This document shows positions 1 through 5,420 of a stretch of 5,420 nt of DNA, piece after piece (the stretch's first letter is position 1; each line of letters starts with the position of its first letter). The position numbers and the translations under genes are program-made. The stretch covers positions 1 to 5,420 of the forward strand of contig JADGIF010000660.1 in assembly GCA_018985225.1 (NCBI GenBank). The letters are read 5' to 3'. This stretch comes from Amoeboradix gromovi X-113 (lineage: Eukaryota > Fungi > Sanchytriomycota). The notes under the pieces were generated by a model. That model saw only the letters and a list, made by a program, of their open reading frames with translations, ran no database searches and had not been told where the DNA came from.

Positions 1-66
1 CTGAATGTCCACTCGCCTCTTAAATCCATAAAGTAATAAAGCTGAAATAATGTTCCAAGTTGTTAC
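1..66. repeat. Left copy of an inverted repeat (partner 5339-5405); may continue beyond the window edge
   Basis: Hand alignment of 1-66 with the reverse complement of 5339-5405 gives 63/67 identical columns (3 substitutions, 1 single-base indel). Similarity stops abruptly at 67/5338. Confidence 0.95.
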
Positions 67-514
67 TGAAAGTTAGTTCAGTTTTTATATTTGATGTCCC
101 AGTTGTTTATGCAAAATCTTGCCATAAACTTATTGTTGTGTGAAAAGAAAAAGAGGCTAGATGTAGGCACACACGAATCTTATAAGAGCATTTCAGCAAT
201 GCCTAATCAGCCATTACGCGGATTCAAATCCATTAATATTTTCAGGACACGCATCAGATCTTCAAGTCATTAAAGCCATATTGAGAGGGGATGAGCAATC
301 AATTTGTTACGGAATTAATGCTAGTAGAGCGATTTTACCTAGAGAACAGCAATGAAATATGAGTTTAATACTGAAAAAGCTGTTAGTACAGTGTTGCAGT
401 AGACATCCCTTGTAGCAAATTACAAAAGGATTAGCAAATCCATGACAAAAATGGAATTTTAACACCACATGCAGTAACAATTGACATTGTGACCCGGAAG
501 TATCCAAGTTTTAA

Positions 515-910
515 TTTGCACCTCAAGTCGGCGCTTGTGCTCCAACTAACAGATATGATATCTCTTTACCCGGCAATTTCTACTCACGCTTTGGATACTG
601 CGGAGCAAGTGCACAGAATTGTGATGGCACTGACTGCGCCTACCAATGAGATAAAGTTTCAATCTTTTTGGGCACACCACCTGCAGTAAAGTATACTGCC
701 CCTAGAGATGATAGGCAATGTGGAGCAGCATTATCAGAGGCTGCTTGCTTTGATGGAAGTTGTTGCTTGGAATTCGGTTCTTGCGGTAATGCTAACCAAG
801 ATTGTACATCACCTAACTGTGATTATCAGTGTGACAAGAAGTCTTTGTTTACAATTATTGTGGAACTTCCTCAGAACATCATGATGTTGGACGCCAATCT
901 GAGTTTGTAA
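515..910 (+). pseudogene. Decayed tandem hevein-like (chitin-binding type 1/CBM18) domain gene
   Basis: ORF 668-910 (TTG start) contains QCG-x7-C-x4-CC-x3-GSCG-x5-C-x4-C-x3-C, a hevein-type 8-Cys pattern. The same frame upstream (515-649) reads ...ACAPTNRYDISLPGNFYSRFGYCGASAQNCDGTDCAYQ*DK, a second repeat with Cys losses and TGA (647-649) at the final Cys position. More Cys-rich remnants with stops extend back to an ATG at 359. Confidence 0.75.
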
Positions 911-1016
911 GATTCGATTAATAAAATACATTCTAAATCTTAAAAGTAGACAGTTGTATGCTTGTCTGTTTCTATTAACTATCCAAAACGTAAAAGAAGT
1001 ATTTCATATAAGTTGT

Positions 1017-1589
1017 TTACTGAAAGGAACTAGAGCATCCATACGATTTATACAAAACAGTATGTAACGGATAAGAATTTCGGGTTTCTGGTAATGGGGT
1101 CGCAATATGCATGCTAGAATACACTTCAAAAGATCGAACTGCTTGCCGATCTCGATTTAACTCAGAGGCAAATCTTATCTTGGATCCATAAGTGCAATGC
1201 ATCTCGTCTTCCATATATTTGTTCATCATGATCAGGTAGTTAGACACTGAATAATCTAGGGATATTAACGGAATAATAGCACACGCAAGTGCTAAGAACA
1301 TTCCGTTTTGCATAAAGTTGCCTAATAGTACCAATGTCATCGATGGAAGAGCGACGACATTCTGCAACAGAATACTCATGTAGGTGATTCTGCTTAATCT
1401 AGTTTCCTTAAAGCTGTATCTTGCAAGCTGATTTTTGTTTATAACTTTAATAATTCCGTATGATACAAAATTTATAATTAAGAACGCCAATTGCAAAGTC
1501 AGAAACACTGCGTATAGACCATAGTAAGTTAGTATAAATCCGTAGCAGCTGAACTCAAAGACAAGAAACGATAAAGCGATTCTAGACAT
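1017..1589 (-). CDS. Multi-pass membrane protein (190 aa), probably the 3' remnant (TM5-7 plus tail) of a disrupted 7TM/GPCR-like gene
   Basis: ATG-to-TAA ORF with about 3-4 hydrophobic segments, a basic loop (KETRLSR) and a hydrophilic C-terminal tail. A TM3-like remnant lies upstream in another frame. The family call is inference. Confidence 0.5.
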   Translation of the reverse strand: MSRIALSFLVFEFSCYGFILTYYGLYAVFLTLQLAFLIINFVSYGIIKVINKNQLARYSFKETRLSRITYMSILLQNVVALPSMTLVLLGNFMQNGMFLALACAIIPLISLDYSVSNYLIMMNKYMEDEMHCTYGSKIRFASELNRDRQAVRSFEVYSSMHIATPLPETRNSYPLHTVLYKSYGCSSSFQ

Positions 1590-1689
1590 GGCACAATAGT
1601 ATCGTCATTTTTAGTCTTTTACAATCCGTTGAGGACATTCAATTAAAATCCAAAACTGTTAGTGCTTAATCTCGACACTTTTACTAATG

Positions 1690-1803
1690 TCACCTATTGC
1701 CAGCGATTATAGCTAGTGCAGCAATAAAAATTGTTTAACCCTCTGCTCTGGTATATGCAAACAAGCTTTATTTACAGCTTGACCATTTTCTTGAATAAAT
1801 CAT
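1690..1803 (-). pseudogene. Degraded upstream segment of the membrane-protein gene (GPCR TM3-like)
   Basis: Minus-strand translation MIYSRKWSSCK*SLFAYTRAEG*TIFIAALAIIAGNR* resembles the rhodopsin-type W-x-x-C ... LAxIAx(D/N)R pattern. It has in-frame stops and is out of frame with ORF 1017-1589. Confidence 0.35.
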
Positions 1804-1923
1804 TTATCGCAAATTTGTATGCATTTTTGTATCATTTCAAGACTTTTCCAATACCTTAAATACTCGATATTCTTCCTTATCGCAAATGGTAAAACAATTC
1901 TAAATAACTAGCAGGTACAGCAT

Positions 1924-2256
1924 ACAAAGACGTATGATCTTATACACTTACCCTCGTTCAATACGAGCCAGATGATAAGTAGCTTGTCGAGCAAGGTCGC
2001 AAGAAACATGGCTACAATGTCCCATTACGCATTCAAGGAACGCTTGAAGTTCAAGTGTAAGCAAAGAGGAAAGACGATGGTGGAATGTAATGAATCATTT
2101 ACTAGTCAGACATGTACAAGGTGTGGTACTCTAAAGAAAACTAATTTAGAAACCTTAACCTGTACAAGGTGTCATTTTCATATAGATAGAGACCATATGG
2201 CAGCAAAGAACATATATATCAAGTATGCATCCTTAATCAATCCCGCCTCAGGGTAG
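1924..2256 (+). pseudogene. tnpB: 5'-truncated Fanzor2 / IS607-type TnpB RNA-guided nuclease (C-terminal RuvC-II, Zn ribbon, RuvC-III only)
   Basis: The frame is open from 1912. It reads TKTYDLIHLPSFNTSQMIS...SHYAFKERLKFKC...CNESFTSQTCTRCG...CTRC...IDRDHMAAKNIY, the ExxTSxxCxxCG / CxxC / DRDxxAAxNI signature of TnpB/Fanzor. An in-frame TAG at 1909-1911 and absent RuvC-I/WED/REC show truncation. The tracked ORF 1972-2256 starts at an internal Met. Confidence 0.9.
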
Positions 2257-2380
2257 TGAAAGCGTGAGCGATCACTGTAACTGAGATCTAGCATTAGTTT
2301 CTCTGTGGAAATTCTCGATTTTCGCGGAAATTAGGATTTTTACGAGTATAGATGACAAAATGGGATGAAAGCTGGTTCAG
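1924..2380 (+). mobile_element. Right-end remnant of an IS607-like/Fanzor2 transposon (non-autonomous); left end not identified
   Basis: TnpB/Fanzor C-terminal fragment followed by a structured non-coding tract ending GGGATGAAAGCTGGTTCAG. No serine-recombinase TnpA is in the window. Boundaries are inferred. Confidence 0.6.
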
Positions 2381-2400
2381 TCGTGAACAAAGGAGATTAA
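2240..2400 (+). ncRNA. Candidate Fanzor omegaRNA (scaffold about 2240-2380, guide about 2381-2400)
   Basis: Position overlapping and downstream of the nuclease stop is as expected for TnpB/Fanzor. Visible stems: AGTGA(2255-59)/TCACT(2272-76) capped by a GC-GTGA-GC GNRA loop; GAGA.CTA(2283-90)/TAG..TCTC(2295-2303); CTCG(2314-17)/CGAG(2343-46); long-range ATCCC(2240-44)/GGGAT(2362-66). Confidence 0.55.
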
Positions 2401-2424
2401 GTATCTTTATGCAGTATGACAAAG

Positions 2425-3771
2425 TTATTTATTATTTTCTTTAATCTTCAGCAAATCGCTTAATTCGTTAATGTCAAGTAACCATTCTTTTACAGTTTTA
2501 ATCATCATGCTATGCGGTACAGTGACCTGTCCCTTGCCACCTAAGCGCATGTCTTTGATTCCTACAGTTCCGTTTTTTACTTCGTCATCCCCCACCATTA
2601 TAGCAATTGGAATCAATTCTTTGTCACAAATATCAAATTGGGCTTGCATCTTTGGTTTAGGCTTAAAGGCCGTTTCTGCTTCAATATTCTCATTCCAGAG
2701 TTCAGCTAATATGCTTAGTCGTGACTCTAAGCAACCACTACCCATTCCGACTACCAAAACTTTTGTATGCTTTGTTTTTGGAGCCTCCTCAAATATCGAG
2801 CATAGCCTATCGACACCGATCGAGAAGCCTACACATGGTATCTTTTTACCACTGAAAGCTCCCACTAGTTCGTCATAGCGTCCCCCAGCGCTTATGGTTC
2901 CAATTGGATGATCTAGAAGAATTGCTTCAAAAATGGGACCAGTGTAATAATCCAATCCGCGAGCTAAAGACATATCAAAGCAAACATTGTCTAAAATCTT
3001 ATATGCTTTGCAGTATTCAAAAAGTGTTTTTAACTCAGTCAAACCCACTTTCGCATCTCCATTGCTAAAAATAGAATCTTTCATCAGATCTTCAATTGCT
3101 TCATTTCCATTTATGCTAACATACTGACCAATCTTTTCGGCTACCTCTTCCGTGCATCCTTTCTGAATAAGTTCTTTTTTGACTTCTTCCCAAGGCGATT
3201 TATCTAGCTTGTCAATAGCAGAGCTGATTGGTCTTATTTTATCGGCTGCTACTCCACAAAATTCAAATAGACCATCCAGCAGCTTTCTATGATTCAATTT
3301 GATCATGTATTTTAGGTTTAAACCGTTTAATATTTCAGTCATCATGTACAAAATTTCTGAGTCAGGAAGCATGCTGCCATGTTGTCCTGCTATATCAAAG
3401 TCACATTGCACAAATTCTCTATATCTTCCTTTAGTCATATATGGCTGGTCTCTTCTAAACACTTTACCAATTTGGTACCTTTTCATATGCTGTCTTTTAG
3501 TCAACGCCATGTATCTCGCAAAAGGAACAGTAAGATCATACCTCAGAGATAATATTTCACCACCCTGGTCCTCCATATTATAAATTAACTTCTGGTCTTC
3601 TCCATATTTATTGGTTAACAGTTCTCTTCTCTCAAATGTCGGTGTGTCTATACATTCACCGCCATGCTTCTGAAAGACAGATGTAATTTTTTCAACTACA
3701 TAGTCTCGAATTACTACATCAGCTGGATGGAAGTCTTTTGTGCCTTTGGGGAACTTGACTGAGATACGCAT
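2425..3771 (-). CDS. HTS1: Histidyl-tRNA synthetase, eukaryotic cytosolic type (448 aa from first ATG)
   Basis: HisRS motifs PKGTKDF, IDTPTFE, LRYDLTVPFARY, RYQIGKVFRRD, GRYREFVQCDFDIAG, LARGLDYYTG, GGRYD..PCVGFSIG, plus a C-terminal anticodon-binding domain. The tracked start at 3834 is TTG; the first ATG is at 3771. No introns and no WHEP extension. Confidence 0.97.
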   Translation of the reverse strand: MRISVKFPKGTKDFHPADVVIRDYVVEKITSVFQKHGGECIDTPTFERRELLTNKYGEDQKLIYNMEDQGGEILSLRYDLTVPFARYMALTKRQHMKRYQIGKVFRRDQPYMTKGRYREFVQCDFDIAGQHGSMLPDSEILYMMTEILNGLNLKYMIKLNHRKLLDGLFEFCGVAADKIRPISSAIDKLDKSPWEEVKKELIQKGCTEEVAEKIGQYVSINGNEAIEDLMKDSIFSNGDAKVGLTELKTLFEYCKAYKILDNVCFDMSLARGLDYYTGPIFEAILLDHPIGTISAGGRYDELVGAFSGKKIPCVGFSIGVDRLCSIFEEAPKTKHTKVLVVGMGSGCLESRLSILAELWNENIEAETAFKPKPKMQAQFDICDKELIPIAIMVGDDEVKNGTVGIKDMRLGGKGQVTVPHSMMIKTVKEWLLDINELSDLLKIKENNK

Positions 3772-4126
3772 TAGTTTGAAGGAGTTTTCTGATAATGATA
3801 TTTTGTAAAGGCAAACAGAATGAAAGACATCCAATATAAAGCACTATTTTTATACAAGTATCATAAGGAGTCTCAGTTGTTCGCCAACTATGTTTTGAAG
3901 CATTCATCGAATGATAATTGCCATGTCGGAAATAACCAAAACAGAGATACTATTTACGCATTTGAACATAGCTATAGCCTTACTACAGCAGATCGGTTCT
4001 GGAGACCTCACATAATTTTCTTTTGGATAATTATGTTAGTTGTAGTGAACAATCAATAGAAAGGAACTACAGTAAATCAAATTAAAACTTGAAAACATTG
4101 TTTATTTACTAATCTCGCTAATTGTT

Positions 4127-4963
4127 CTAATAATACATAACAATTGGAGGGCTTGTTCCTAGTTCTGTAATTTCTTTGTAAATAGGAAAACTTGGATATA
4201 TCGGTGCAATGTGGGTAGCCTTGAATAATCTACTTTCTGTTCGCTGTTGCGGAGGCAAGGTATGTTTAATTTGCTGTCCAACAAACTTATCTGCATTCAA
4301 ATCAAATGAATATCTATTTTTGTAGAGTCTGGTTTTGTTGTCAGCACTGGTCACGCTATGAACGCTTATGGTATCACAACTGCGCATTTCCTCACTGTAC
4401 TCGCTGTCAGTCTCGAGAACATCTTGCAATTCGGCAGTTTTAATGTAAACTGCCATTGAATAATTTTTGGAGTTGTTATTGTTCCACAGTACCTTGTTGT
4501 CGTACTGGTAGCAAATAGCAAATTCCATTTGCGAATAATCCTGATTTTCCTTTAACATCAGTTTGTGACTATCCAGCATGGCACTGAACTCATCCACACC
4601 AAAATAAATATCAGTGCTAGGGATTGAGGATTTCTTATAAAAGCAACTAATCTCATGATGTGTTTTCCAATTGTCTACAGAATATCTGATATAAACTGTT
4701 TTTGAGAAACAGATGTTGCTTACATGGAGGGTAAAGTCAATTATACCTGTATCTCTCATGAAAACATTCTCGAGTCTGATCATGTCTCCGAATAAGGTAC
4801 ATGATCTGATATAATTGAGCTGGCGGGTAATCAATCTTGGTGAGCATGGTAGGTAGTTTAACGGATATAATGCGTAGTTTACCGTCAATCTACTCTTGGC
4901 AGGCATGTTCTTACAATAAAGTCTCATTTCTCTAATATGCTTGTTGAACTGCACCTTTTTCAT
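4127..4963 (-). CDS. Protein phosphatase 1 glycogen-targeting regulatory subunit (RVxF + CBM21; Gac1/PPP1R3-like)
   Basis: N-terminal KKVQF (RVxF-type PP1 docking motif). CBM21 motifs IRLENV, VSNICFSKTVYIRYSVDNWKT, DEF, MEFAICY and WNNNNSKNY. AATAAA on the minus strand at 4101-4106 follows the stop. Confidence 0.88.
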   Translation of the reverse strand: MKKVQFNKHIREMRLYCKNMPAKSRLTVNYALYPLNYLPCSPRLITRQLNYIRSCTLFGDMIRLENVFMRDTGIIDFTLHVSNICFSKTVYIRYSVDNWKTHHEISCFYKKSSIPSTDIYFGVDEFSAMLDSHKLMLKENQDYSQMEFAICYQYDNKVLWNNNNSKNYSMAVYIKTAELQDVLETDSEYSEEMRSCDTISVHSVTSADNKTRLYKNRYSFDLNADKFVGQQIKHTLPPQQRTESRLFKATHIAPIYPSFPIYKEITELGTSPPIVMYY

Positions 4964-5020
4964 TCTTTAACGTAGCTGTGGTTGCCACGGGTACGATCAG
5001 TTTTAAAGCTGTTTAATCCC

Positions 5021-5075
5021 CCAATCAAAAATCGATTACAATCTATTAAAGATTGGCCAATCGATTAACAATCCT
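5021..5075. promoter_or_regulatory. Cluster of CCAAT/ATCGAT palindromic motifs upstream of the CBM21 gene
   Basis: CCAATC 5021-26; AATCGATT at 5030-37 and 5059-66, each followed by A(A)CAATC; perfect palindrome GATTGGCCAATC 5051-62. Regulatory role is inferred from position. Confidence 0.4.
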
Positions 5076-5172
5076 TTCTACACACTTCGCCATACATCGC
5101 CCAAGATTAGATCATACTGAGGTGCCTACCAGATATCGATTCTAATTGAACAAGCCATTTATCGTGATCAAA

Positions 5173-5188
5173 TGAGCTGCGCAGCTCA
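5173..5188. repeat. Perfect 16-bp palindrome TGAGCTGCGCAGCTCA
   Basis: Self-reverse-complementary and GC-rich within an AT-rich intergenic region. Confidence 0.85.
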
Positions 5189-5257
5189 AATATGCACTCC
5201 TTCTAGAATTTTATAATTAAATAAAAACTTGATAATCTTTCTTGTAACTCATTATAA

Positions 5258-5420
5258 ATGAATCCTCGCTGTCCTGAATGCTTGAAAGCCGAAGAACAAG
5301 CGATACTCACAATGTGTAGAAAAATGTCTAAAATGGTTGTAATAACTTGGAACATTATTTCAGCTTTATTAATTTTATGGATTCAAGAGGCGAGTGGACA
5401 TTCAGCTAGTTGCGGAGTTG
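5258..5420 (+). CDS. Partial ORF of unknown function running off the window end; possibly a frameshifted pseudogene
   Basis: ATG 5258 opens MNPRCPECLKAEEQAILTMCRKMSKMVVITWNIISALLILWIQEASGHSASCGV with no stop. It overlaps the inverted repeat and has a 1-bp indel relative to the left copy. Confidence 0.3.
   Translation, partial: MNPRCPECLKAEEQAILTMCRKMSKMVVITWNIISALLILWIQEASGHSASCGV
5339..5405. repeat. Right copy of the inverted repeat (partner 1-66)
   Basis: 63/67 identity to the reverse complement of 1-66. Confidence 0.95.

Noticed and set aside
105-129. Hairpin GTTTATG-CAA-AATC-TTG-C-CATAAAC as part of a second, minus-strand omegaRNA ending at 66
   Set aside because: No TnpB C-terminal motif was found upstream on that strand, and similarity to 2240-2380 is limited to TGGGA and TTCAG.
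482-649. TGA at apparent Cys positions, suggesting stop-codon reassignment (TGA=Cys, or TAR=Gln)
   Set aside because: The long HisRS and CBM21 ORFs contain no internal stops despite many Cys and Gln codons, and other Cys in the same repeat are lost to Phe/Tyr/Ser, so decay is the simpler explanation.
91-689. Short ORFs 91-273 (+), 307-507 (-) and 489-689 (+)
   Set aside because: Short, non-ATG tracked starts, no motifs; 489-689 is an alternative frame of the hevein pseudogene.
1915-2380. Fanzor remnant acting as a GT...AG spliceosomal intron (CAG|GTACAG ... TTCAG|)
   Set aside because: No plus-strand host exons flank it, the donor is non-consensus and no clear branch point is visible.
2471-3907. 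Plus-strand ORFs 2471-2878, 3299-3583 and 3719-3907
   Set aside because: They overlap the HisRS gene on the opposite strand and have no recognisable motifs, so they are treated as shadow ORFs.
4045-4052. GTGAACAA match to the predicted guide
   Set aside because: Only 8 bp and it misses the first guide bases; expected by chance.
3820-4059. 79-aa plus-strand ORF between HisRS and the CBM21 gene
   Set aside because: No recognisable domain, and it lies across the probable HisRS promoter; likely chance.
1-5420. CRISPR array, tRNA, rRNA or transposase gene
   Set aside because: No regularly spaced repeats, cloverleaf or DDE/serine-recombinase motifs were seen by eye.

Overview
AT-rich, gene-dense window with intron-free ORFs, most consistent with a compact eukaryotic genome (probably an early-diverging fungus; a giant-virus origin is less likely but not excluded). 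Two intact minus-strand genes are clear: a eukaryotic cytosolic-type histidyl-tRNA synthetase (ATG 3771 to 2425) and a PP1 glycogen-targeting subunit with RVxF and CBM21 motifs (4963 to 4127). The left half is decaying: a multi-hevein (CBM18) chitin-binding pseudogene, a truncated multi-TM/GPCR-like gene, and a 5'-truncated Fanzor2/IS607-TnpB remnant (about 1924-2256). The remnant keeps its rearranged RuvC-II Glu, Zn ribbon and RuvC-III Asp. It is followed by a structured candidate omegaRNA ending in TTCAG (2380), 44 bp from the HisRS stop. The two ends of the window carry a 94%-identical inverted repeat (1-66 vs 5339-5405). The predicted guide (2381-2395) has a 13/15 match at 5162-5176 in a palindrome-rich intergenic region.
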